DNA of 63,996 bases, filler included, from Choristocarpus tenellus KU-1152 (taxonomy: Eukaryota > Protista > Phaeophyceae): assembly GCA_964200185.2 (NCBI GenBank). It is 11 parts of 11 records of this genome, joined end to end, with 100 filler letters (N's around TTAATTAATTAA, not from the genome) between each part and the next. Parts side by side here need not be neighbours in the genome. Positions count along the whole stretch, not along the records: positions 12,494 to 15,528 come from CAXNAD020022790.1; positions 15,629 to 18,558 come from CAXNAD020023574.1; positions 18,659 to 30,094 come from CAXNAD020002321.1; 8 more parts are not named here. The stretch is one strand, 5' to 3'. Position numbers and translations under genes: made by a program. Positions 13,397 to 25,000 of the stretch are shown piece by piece. How positions within the stretch are numbered: the stretch's first letter is position 1; each line of letters starts with the position of its first letter. Below the pieces are notes generated by a model. That model was not told the DNA's origin. It saw only the letters and a list, made by a program, of their open reading frames with translations, and searched no databases.

Positions 13397-15263
13397 AAGT
13401 ATGTCTATTTCCATTGGACTCGAATGACGCCATTGCAGACTGTGCCAAGACGGACACATTTCCACCCAACAAATACAAAATGTTACCCAATGCATGAAAG
13501 TCCTGGAGTCCAGATCTTTCCCACTTTACTGTAGGACGAGGGGTGGGGAGACAACGGATTGAACAAAAGAAGTACAAAAAAGTACATTGTTCAAATGTTT
13601 TACTCACATAGCTCAGAGAGGACGTTTTCCAACATTCCGTTGCCCACGACTAGACCCAGAACTGTGAGTGAAAGTCCTGCCAATGGTTGAATCCCTGGGA
13701 TCAGTACCAGAACTACAAGAATAGGCCTGTTGAAGAGAATAAAGAGCCAAAGTAATTGAGAGGCAGGCAAGGTTGAATTTTAAGGATCCCGATAAGTGGA
13801 CAAAATACACTTGTCGTACAACTGTGGAAAGGTCCTTGGCTGGAATGTGGTTTCATTTTTTGTGTAGAAAGGGGTGATACCCATTTGGTGGACACAATTT
13901 TTCACAGAGACCAAAACGCTCAAAATCTGCCTTTCAAACACTTTTTCTCAAATCCAAACCCGAACATGCACACAATTCAGCTCAAAAGTACAGTAACTTG
14001 TAACAAGTAGCCTTCTAATAAAATACAATTTTCAGAAACACCTACTAAGGCCTTGAATACAATAACACCATTATTTCCCACTCATTGAATACTTGCAGAG
14101 GTTAGAATCTGACTGTAACGGTCTAAAAGCAAGTGCGTTTACTGATCTAACATTTCCACAGGGTTGCTGAGCATCTTGTATGTTGAGCATTCCAGAGATG
14201 ATACATAAGGAAACAGATAACTGTCATATATATAGATAAATGCATATGTGGGGGGGGGGGAAGGGGGAATCGTAGGATAGAAAATAATATTTCTGCACAT
14301 AATGCATTCACCTTTAGAAAATGTTCAATAGGTCAGGCAATGCTTTGGTTGGCAGTGACCAGCAAGGACATGCAGGGACCATATTCACTGTTCAACGCTG
14401 GAATGGAGCCATGCTTTATGAGCAGTTGTCACTGAAACGTCCTAACCGACACATTTTCCACTGGGAATCCAACTATCACAACCTCACACATTACTCGTCC
14501 TGTTGAAGTTATTCGCAGCAAATAACCATATCATGTTAATCAGTACGTTTTTGGTTAGTAATAGACCATATGCCAGGACTCATTATGAATGGTGCTAAGT
14601 CATAAAGCCGTATAAAACACTTACACACATAGAAGTAAGCTCATTAGACTGTGGTGATATTTCTCACAACAAACCACCCAATAGAGCAATATGGAGGGAA
14701 CCATAGCCAAAAAAGATCATTGACAAAAAGATAAGAAATAATCCTTCAGTAGTTAGTACATGGTCCAACACCATAGGTGCTGGTTATGGGGTTATGGTTA
14801 TTGGTACGATGAACTCATGCGGTCCATAATTGATCAACCCAATCTTAGTTTCTTCATCAGGAGACTGTTCTTCGCGTGGTAGCATCAAGGGAAGATAGTA
14901 AAACGGGAACTTGGAATACTCGGATCCAGCAATTTTGAGGACATTTGCCATTTCCTTCAGTGTACCCTGCGAAAAGGGTTACACACCTTAGCAATGGTCA
15001 AGAGCAATAATAAAAGGAAAACAACGTGGCATTGGAAAGTGAGAGTGAGCAAGATCGGCCAAGGAATGCCAAAGTGAAATAATGCAATAGTTAGAACCGA
15101 GCAAAAAGGTGAATGTGACAGAAGTTGAAGTATTTAAAAATGGACAGCAATTTCACGCCCATGAGGTCTTGCAAGGTCAGACATGTATCTCGATGACCAC
15201 ATGATTAGAATAAATGGAGCCTACCTCGCTCAAGGGGATGAGCATTAGTGTTGCGTGGATCAT
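13397..15263 (-). pseudogene. Putative multi-exon gene of unknown function, probably pseudogenised
   Basis: Candidate GT-AG exons: 15263-15225 (MIHATLMLIPLSE), 14966-~14808 (GTLKEMANVLKIAGSEYSKFPFYYLPLMLP...), 14499-14312 (RVMCEVVIVGFPVENVSVRTFQ*QLLIKHG...SIA*PIEHFLK, two in-frame TGA), ~13726-13608 (PILVVLVLIPGIQPLAGLSLTVLGLVVGNG...) and ~13528-13397 (KWERSGLQDFHALGNILYLLGG...). Not all phases reconcile. Confidence 0.4.
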
Positions 15264-15487
15264 AACCGTTGAATCAGTTGATTCGACTAAATCGAAATTG
15301 AATCGAAAACGAAAATATCGGGACCGAGTATTCGAGAGTTTTCTATTTTGAACTGTAGAACGCTTGGAGGAGACAAGGGATAAACACAAGCACACTAGCA
15401 CCAGAAAGATATTTAACACTGCAGCATATACCTTTGAGCGCCCAGGTGCCTTTTGGTGGAGTGTGCGACTGGTGTAGAATTGAATGG

Positions 15488-15528
15488 GGGTCAAAGTATC
15501 AGGGGGGGGTTGTGAGGGGTCATCTATT
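15488..15528. mobile_element. MITE family B end, truncated by a gap
   Basis: gggtcaaagtatcagggggggg terminus directly before the spacer. Confidence 0.75.
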
Positions 15529-15628
15529 NNNNNNNNNNNNNNNNNNNNNNNNNNNNNNNNNNNNNNNNNNNNTTAATTAATTAANNNNNNNNNNNNNNNN
15601 NNNNNNNNNNNNNNNNNNNNNNNNNNNN

Positions 15629-17153
15629 CCATTCACTCACAGTTTCCAGCCTGACCATCTCATATCCTGCTGCCATCTCGAGCGCCGTTTGAAGGTCTTT
15701 CCCGTCGTTCATACACACGTACAGGATTTGCAGTGTTAGAGCCTTATCTATCACATTTCCTTGTTGAGCGCCGGAAATGGTCGTTGTCCGTGTTTCCTGG
15801 AAGGGTGATATTTTATCATCAAGGTGCAGGGGCGAGGGAGGACAGACTTGAGTTGATCGAAAATTGTGTTGAATGAATGCAGGCTGGGAGAAAGCCTAAA
15901 TCAACTTTATTCGTCCAACCCCAAGTCCAGGAACACAAGTGAATGTACGGCATCTTGGAAGAAGTGGGAGACGCCAAACCATTGGTGTGCAAATTGTCTC
16001 AATCTCACCTCCTCTTCTACCCTGGCGTCCTTGTCGATGGCTACCTCCACCTGCTTCGCGACCTCTTCTAAGTAAAGGATTTGGTGGTATCGAAACGTCT
16101 CCACAGCTGCCTTCGTTACAATCGATTTCTCCCCCACCTTGCGAGCCCTTTCGACCTTCTTTCGGACTTCAGAGCCCTTTTAGCCCAACCCTAACACCTT
16201 CTTTCACGTTTCCTTAAGCCACTCTGGCTCGCACAGCTTCCAAAGAGCCAGGGCCTGCTGCAACTATCGACTACTATGATATTCTACACCCGGGTTTTCG
16301 CTTAGGCGTTTCCAGAGCGCAATAGCACGCAGTCGCAATGCTCTCTTCCTCAATCTTCCCTTCGGGCGGCCACCCCGGTTCTCCCTTCGCCTGCCATGAC
16401 CAGGCTTCCCCACGGACTTCGTCACTGTATCACCTGGTGATGCCGCTCTCTTCCTGCTTTCCTGAGGTGTCGGAGACTGCAGAACAGTGCTCCGACGTGG
16501 TTGAAGATCCAACCATATTTGTGTGGTAATACGTTCTACGCATCTTCTCGCAGCGTCAGCGTCGCGACCCCGTGATCCATTTCGCGATTTGATTAAGCTG
16601 TGCGTCACAGTAGACACACTTTCTCGTCACCTAACTTCGCACTAAGTGTCACACAGCACTTGCTTTTCCGTCGCCTCTCGGCAAAGAAGTTGCCGAGGGT
16701 AGATCCAGGGGGAAGAGTAGCCTCGGCGGCTCTCCTTGTCTCACCGTCGCGGTTCATGTTGCTGTGTAAGTCAGTGTGTGTGTGCTCACAAAAAGTCTGG
16801 AAAAGGCGTTAAAAAGATGTCAGGAAATTTATAGTTTTTTTCCGGTATTTCCACACCGGTCTAACTTGGATAGCGACGTACCCCGACCAGCTTTTTGCAA
16901 GGAGTTCAGCCAACCACTTCATTTTTGTCCGTTTTGAAATAGTGACCTTCAAAGTTGCGGCGGAGATATTCCCCCGCGTTTTCGCCATTCGGGACATAGC
17001 TACAGTTCCCCTAAGCCTGGACATTCGTGGATATAAACCTTCAAAAGCTCCTGTCATGCCCTTTCATTTGATATATATATTGTTGTAAATCTATTTTGGT
17101 AACCCAGTAAAAAAACTACGATTGCCACAGAGGGCGAAGCTACTTGTATCACC
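15629..17153 (-). mobile_element. Second, inverted copy of the 2376-4260 TIR transposon, truncated by a gap
   Basis: The reverse complement aligns with 2376-~3845. Its ORFs mirror those of copy 1 (e.g. KAAVETF.YHQILYL.EV.KQVEVAIDKD.R.EEEVRLR). TIR gagggcgaagctacttgtatcacc ends at 17153. Confidence 0.85.
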
Positions 17154-17719
17154 TTAGCTTTCACAATTTGCGACAATTATTACTTTTACAGGCGTCCTTG
17201 TGATATTGGTTATGCCAATTTTCCCTTGAAACATCTGCAATATGTCAGAGGTCATAATAACATGTGTATATAACGATGCAGTTCAGTGCCATCAACTAGT
17301 GTCGACCATGGGCTCGTCCACTAGCAATGATTCTCTGAGTAGTAAATAAGTATACAGATCGCATGTGTACCTTCTTGCAAGGTACAGGATCATGGCTTGC
17401 CATTGAACTTTGCATGGTTTATAGGATGTCTGACCCATTTGTTAGATTTCTTCAACAATCAAGCTCAGACAGTACGTGACACACGTAGGTTGACTAAGAA
17501 TTATACAGAAGTCTTACGCTTTTCCCTCAAAGTCAAAGTAAGCTAGAGATACCCAGAGTTGCAGTTCAAGGATGTCGGTAAATATGTGCAAAAATCCACT
17601 TTTAATACAATTTTGTAGAGGTTATTTTATTAATTAAGTCGTAAAGTTTCAAACGATAGAGAACTAAGCCCTCTCGAGTCAAACTTAGAGCTTTATCCAA
17701 AGCAACATTAGTTAATAGT

Positions 17720-17895
17720 GACTTAAAGTATCTGGGGGGTGTGCCGGCTGTCCACTGGGGGCAATTTTTCACGTCGCGACTCTTGGGTTATTTGGTTGCA
17801 TACGTCGGATGGATAAATGTAAATACACTTTTCCTGATTTTGGACCAAATGGACACCCTGGAGTAGACCCTTCCCCCCCCCAGTTACTTTGGGTC
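17720..17895 (+). mobile_element. MITE family B complete copy (poly-G/poly-C subterminal tracts)
   Basis: gacttaaagtatctgggggg ... cccccccagttactttgggtc, flanked by agt/agt. The interior matches the copy at 39908. Confidence 0.85.
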
Positions 17896-18463
17896 AGTTG
17901 AAGATTGAGAAACACCGACCTTGTGGATCCCTTTCGACTAATGTGCTGGCGGCGGCTAGAGAGGCAGATGGTGCTCAGCTGGTAGAGCCAGGAGGGGAGC
18001 GGGGAGGGAAGGAAGATGGTACGCTGGGGATGTGCTGCATTATTCCGATGGTGTTGAAATTCGAATCGCATAGTCCAAGGAATGTAATGCAAAACGACAA
18101 AAAAAATGGTACCTCTGGTATACTTGACACTCATACACATAAACCCTTGTAACTCGTTTTATAGGTTCTATTTGCAAACTGTTACCCCATCTTCCCACTT
18201 CCAATTCACTCTGCAATAAGTGTCGAAATACACTTATTCAAAGTGTTCGATCAGCCTCTTCACAGAGCATAGCACAAGATGCATCGCATTGAATTCCAAT
18301 AGTTTTTCAGTGCACTAGGTCACCACTTCGCTTTTCAAGACTTCAAGCCTCTACTCAGACCACCACTTCACCAAAATCAAGGATTCTGCAACTCAAGGTT
18401 CAACATGCACCACTAAACAAGCGAGTTACCCAATTCATTGATTAACAAAGCGAACAGAGTCTA

Positions 18464-18686
18464 GGGTCAAAGTATCTTAGGGGGGGGGGGGGAGGTGAGG
18501 GGGGGACCGTTTGGGTCAAACAACCGTTTTGTTTGCTGACGGCTCAAATCCGACACGCNNNNNNNNNNNNNNNNNNNNNNNNNNNNNNNNNNNNNNNNNN
18601 NNTTAATTAATTAANNNNNNNNNNNNNNNNNNNNNNNNNNNNNNNNNNNNNNNNNNNNCACCCCCCCCCCCCAGATACTTTGAGCC
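18464..18686. mobile_element. MITE family B ends on both sides of a gap
   Basis: gggtcaaagtatcttagggggg before the spacer and ccccagatactttgagcc after it. Confidence 0.75.
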
Positions 18687-19021
18687 TTTCAATAGGAAGC
18701 CTAGTTGTGGCTACACAGAAGTTACTAACCATTTTTGTCCAGTACCTGCGTATTAGTAATTTATTTCTTCTTTCTTTGAGCAATTTATGATGACAAGAAG
18801 CACTTAATGATCCATCTTCGACTACAATAGTACACTCGTCCTTTACTCTACTAACTGGCCAACATTAGATCATGATACATTGTTTGTCAGTGCATTTTTT
18901 GTAACACCTAGGTGATTGTCAGATCGATTCCAAGGTAGAACCCAAGCCTTCACTTTGACAAAAGCTGCTCTAGTGGACATGTGTATGTGTGACTAGACAC
19001 TGGAGAATTTCTCGGTAACAG

Positions 19022-22000
19022 TCGCACCACACCTCCAAACACCCTCCACAGTTGGGTATGAATGTCCATGCACAGAAGACAGCAGCAGCCAGGGCAAGAG
19101 CTGTAAAGCTTGCCAGTGCAGCAGTACCTGGCAACCAGGTGTATTGGTGTCTGCTCCTGTGCTATTAACTATTGAAGTATGGAAATATATTTTATTTGCT
19201 TCATACCTCTGGGTAACATCAAAGAAATGATCTGTTGAACAAGTATCCTATAGCTGCTCTAATACTTGCAATTGACATAGTTGCGTACAGGGTATGAAAT
19301 ACTCTTGTGTTTCACACCAGAACTTCAAATCTGTCTACGAGGTCTGTAATGTATTCCCTTTTTCTGCTGTTTTTTTGCAGGCAGCGGCAATCAATCTTAA
19401 TCACAAAGATATTGATAAGAGGCAGTCTATATCCAGTGATGCACCACAAAAACTTGAGTTCGCCGCAAGTGTGGAACTGTTCTCAGACGATGAAAGCGGG
19501 GAAATTCTGACTGCTGGTCAGCTTCACAAAGAGGTAAGAGCTGCATCTGCCGTTGGCTAAGAATCTACAGTTAGACTTACGGCTAGCTATTGCAAAGTGT
19601 ATCCCAACCTCAATGTCAGATGATGATGCAGGTTCTCTCCTGAGTAAGCCGGAAGAGACAGAGCCAGCAAAGCTGGAGACTTTGGGACCAAGTGCCAGAA
19701 ATCGAAATGTCAAAGAGTTTTCAAGAAAGGGATTTCTTTCTCTTCATTTCTCCACGGCAACTAATCTGTGCTCTTCAATCCCTTGGAAGAAAAACTTATT
19801 CATCTTAACAAGATGAATGTAGCACAGTACATATTGATTTGTTCACTTTTGGAACCAATATTGCTAACTGAATAGTTTTCTGCTGCCCTAATTTGTGGAC
19901 ACAACATTAACCTAACCCGAAAGATATCACTGTATTGAAACCTTCCTTCAGCTGCACAAGCACATCAAGAAAGCAATCTCATCAGATGCTCGGAATCTCC
20001 TCAGGGCTTTTCGACGTGTCACCAGGTGCAAACATCAAAGCTACAGAATTTGCATATTTTTCCCTGAATATTAGGGATCCATAAGTTTGGTGCAATTCTG
20101 TAGAAGTATCATTCTTCGTACCAAGCACAGACTGCTAAAATATATATAAATCATAAACTCCTTTCATATATAACAACTGCCTGCTTCTTGCCTAGAGGTG
20201 ATGGACAGTGAACACTCAAATTCCTTATTCTTTTTATCCTGATGTCACCTGAATTATTGTAAACAACACAACCTAACCAACCAAAGTATACGTTCCCTCT
20301 GGCTTTACAGTTCTTTTCTCTTTTGTTGTGAAGCTGTACTCGTTGACTCATAGGATATGAATGATGATGTTTCATCCAATTGAACTGGGGTGTTTTTTCA
20401 CCTGAAATCCCTCAATCAAGAATGCATACTTGTTGCATTCTACAAACAGGAAGAAGGGATCTGAGATTACATTTGAGGACTTTCAGGATGCCTTGGTATC
20501 CTTTGGACTTACTCGAGCCTCCCCAAAAACTTCGCAGCAGCTCTTCAACCTGTATGACTGGCGTAGGAGAGGGCTAATACCTTTTCAGGTAAGGAGAATG
20601 CATTACAACTGGGGCTTTTATGTGGCATACGGGTTGGTCTTTCTTTCGGCACATAGATAGTTTGCAGGGATCATGAAAGAGGTGATTTGGATAGGATCCA
20701 CCGATTGTTCTTTCAGAAGCTGGTGTGAGTGCCTTCATTGATATATACTATCCACTTTATATTTGATAGGTGCTGGCTTAGGGATAGCTCTGGAATTGGA
20801 TACATCCTTTGATAAATATAGTTCAAATGGGACAAAATAAAGCACACGTGAGCTTGAGGCTAAACTATGGAAAAAATGTATGTGATTCTCCCTGGTAGAT
20901 CAAGATTGAGATCAATAGAAGTACAGGGCCTTCCCTCACTGAATGGTGAGGCACTGATAACCGAAGCATTGCAGGTCAGAAGAGCTCTTGGGGTTAAATG
21001 GTGAACACTGTGCGTTCCAAGTGAGTGATCTGTGCCATGTAATACCTGTTTCCAAGAAGAATCATCAGGGTACCCTTCGCCTTCCAACAAACCCTACTAG
21101 TCAATGCTAAGGGTAGAGAGTTGACACTGTACAAAAACATTATTGCACCAGTACGATGTCTGGGTCCCAGTGGGTCGGCGGTCGTAATCCACCTGCAGTT
21201 TGAGCACTACATATTTTCTTGAAAACTGAAACCAGTCTTGTTGAGGCAAAAACAACCTATTGAGAAGAGCGACAATCTCCCTTCAGGATGAGGTGCATCA
21301 CAGCTGATCACACATCCCTTTGTCGTCACTAAAACACCTTTTCACTAGGAGTTGGTGGAGTTGGCAGTGAAGAGTAAAACTCCACCCCAACCCCTGTCTT
21401 CTGGTGAAAGACAATATCGCCTGGAGGTCGAAGCACGCCTCCCAGACCAACAAGTTATCAAGGTGGAGGGTATATTACGGCAGGCATTGTGGAAAAATCA
21501 CCAGGCAAAGGTATGAATCCGATGTGGCATCACTGTTTTGGCATATGCTGGCATAACAATGTAGGATATTAGTTGGCCATTCTCGCAGATCCCTCTACAT
21601 GCTCAAGAGATTATTAGTCATCATATGATCATCCACTACTTGTACTCAAAGTTGATGCTGTGGATTTTTATGTACTTGTTTCTGCTAGATACTAGAAATC
21701 AATTGCCACCTAATAATTCGTGTTGCCTGCATCAAGCCATACTCGGGCTATCTATGAACTGTTGACCTACTGGTCTCAATAGCATAATTGAAGTCCTAGT
21801 TGAAGTGAAAATTGCAAAAGGAACAAGAAAATTTTCCAACTCTAGAAAACCTCTCATGATTATTTACATCAGAGTGATTGCTACGTAGCAACTTGTGTGG
21901 GTCGAGGGACAACAACAAAGGGGAGAAAAATATGAATACATAACAAATTTCCAACAATGTGTCTGTCTACTATTGAGCAAACAAAATGTATCTTGTTAAG

Positions 22001-25000
22001 AGAGCTCACCAGTCAGTCGTACTTGGGGCACAAGATCTACAGAAATACTTCCAATAGTGTTTCCAAGACTTGTCGTCTCCAAGGAGTGGAAAGTTGGTTC
22101 TGGCAGTAGGAATACAGCTTGATAAAATAGATTTTGTACTTTGATGATTCAATACAATTTTTGCCCTTTGCTTCTTGTCAACATTTGTGCTGCAGGCATT
22201 AGAGTGCTTCAATGCCAATACTGGTGAGGGAGATCGCCTTATGTCTCTGGCAGGATTGAGTCGGATAGCAAAGTCAGCAGGGGTGAGGTCTGAAATTGCC
22301 TCAGACCAGGCTCTTAAACAGATAATGTCAAAATATAGTGGAGGGCGAGAAACTCAGGTGAAGATGTTGTTGAGACTACCCTTCAGGGGCTAATGGGTTC
22401 CTAGCTTGGCTGGAAAAGGTCTTAGGGCTAACTAGAAACAGAATTGCAACATTCTTTGCACTGGAGGAATTGTAGGAAACAGGGCGACTTGTCTGGTTCT
22501 GGGAAATATAGTTCATCATGAGAGTGTGGACAATAAAAAGTCAATCAAAAATAATTTCTTCCTGGTATGTTGGTTCACATGAAGATTGGGGTTAGGATTG
22601 AGGTTATATATGATGGTGAGAGGGCCATAGAAGGGACATATTCTTCCAATCTGCTGCCTTCTACTCCCTCAAATACAGCATTGGATAATTTATTATCTTC
22701 CTCGTTTTTTAATGTTATTCTTGATCGTTTCCAGCACGTTTCCCACAAGGAGAGCTGTAGGAAGCACAGGTCATGTGGTCCTCTCTATTCAATGGTTACC
22801 TTTGGGAGTGCAAATCAAATATGGATAATGTGTTATGATTGATGGAAAGATGAAAAAAAAATGTGATACTTCAATATGTTTTTCTTACGCATGTTGTAGA
22901 GGTAGCCAGTTCGGCACTGCGAATTGTGCACCAATTGCCTTACACTCATCTCTCCCATCCTTTCTCATGATGCCCTTTATACCTCGTCGGCAAAATGTAC
23001 TGATTTCGGTATTTAAACTTTCACTCCACCCCAATAAAACTCTAAACAAATGTATTCCCCGACATCAACGTGTAAATCGTGAACAGCCAGTGGGGTCATG
23101 GACCCTGGAACAGTTCCTGTCATTCTATCGTATAGAGGGCTTCAAGGAAGCATTCCCAGAATATGATAAGGACAAGGGCAGTATGGAAGGTTCCGACTCA
23201 GCAATGGGTGTGCTACACCAAGAGAGTGCCAGAGTGAGACACCCTCCAGCAACTCTCTCCGTTGATCCTCCAGCACATCACACCTAGTCCTTTAAGATGA
23301 ATCAACGAATGGACTCATGGCACTGGTCTCAACACACACTGTGTCAGGACTGACAAATTAGATCAATCACGAAATTGGATTGGGGATATGTTACACTATG
23401 TTGACAACATGTAGAAAGAGGAATTTTGGTTGTGCTGCATGCCTATTGCAGAAAATGTCTTTTACTTGGGTCACCTTCTCACACTTACTTGCATAGAAGA
23501 AAGACCCGGTCAAATTAGTATCAAAGACCATTAAATAGTTTCTTGGTCTTTTAATATATTCACGTTTTGCTTGGGAATTTTTTTCACTTTTAGATGTTCT
23601 GCTTTGTCACTCCATGGCATCTGTGAAACTACCTTCAGAACTATGGAAGTGTGCTATATAGAACCGCCTTGCCCATGCACTCAAGTTCTACAATATGTAA
23701 ATTATTTGACAAAAAAATAACAAGCCAGTCGCAGCATTTTCCCTCAACCTACCCTGACCTTGCTGTATCTAGGAGCCAGTGGCTTTCCCGTTTCAGAATG
23801 AATCTTTATTGTGAGGAGCAACAACCTCTTTCACTATTCAAATTGATTGTCAGGTCAGAGAACAGCTTCTCAACCAGTGCCGTACTGCTGCCAAGGCCCT
23901 TCGTCAATCTGATCAGGGTCGGACTGGGCAAGTGTCAAGAAAGGCTTTTTCAAAGGCTCTGGGCATGGGTTGTAGTCTCAATAAGGCTGAAGAGGAACAG
24001 TTGACCAGGTAATGACCAATTTCACAGAGTATCTTGTCATGTGCACTTACTACTCTCTAATGTGCAAGCACCGTTTTGAAGCATACTCGTGTATATTGGA
24101 GCATTATTGGGGACTCTGACTTAGTTCTGCCATGTGTGTAATGGTCAATATTTGCTCATCTTCGAATAGATGAATATTCACTACAAAGAAAGTACTCCTG
24201 TGTAAGTGCATAATAATTTTTTCAGCTTCATGGAGTTACACCGATTGCAACATGAGGCAATGTGCTTTCTGCGTAGCAGATGTGTTCCCTCCTTAGCAAG
24301 TTTGCACCGACCACATTGTGAGACAGTCTGGTTTCTGAACATAGACACCTACTCTCCCTTCCAGAACCACTTTTGATGGCACATTGTGCCAGCAAACCTT
24401 TCTCCCTCAATCAACTGGGGTCCAATGCAGCAATACACGAGTGAATGTGTGGATGAACCATATATATATATATATATATATAAGAAACTACTGCTTGGAG
24501 TAACGTCTATGACAATAAATTAGTTTTTTAGAAAGATAGGATATAAATAATCAAATGGGATAGGAGAACTATGAATTCATACAGGCCAAGCAATATACCA
24601 GATACAGAATGGACAACGTCATCTTATCCATGTGCAGGGTCTATTTATAGACCTTTAAAATAGGTAGGTTACTCTAAAAACTCTGCCCAACACCCCATTC
24701 CCATGCCTGCAATTAAGAAAACCCCCCATAGGCTGCACTGGCTGCAGAAGAGAAGAGCATTTGACCATAAAAATGAAAATTGCCCTCCAGATCGCACTAT
24801 ATACTTGCAGCAGAAGGTAGCCTATATAATCTCAGATACTCAACAGCACACTCCTCTATGATAGGATGGCTCACATTATAATCTTGATACACCGATTTTG
24901 TATTGAAATACGATGAAGCAGTAAGGCGCAGATATACAGATGCAGTGTTGTGTTGCACTTGAAGATGACGAATTTGCTGTGGATGCCCTTAGGCATCCAA

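Noticed and set aside
19534-19570. 37-nt mini-intron followed by an extra exon
   Set aside because: Direct splicing from 19533 to 19952 is phase-consistent and reads naturally, and the extra exon breaks phase.
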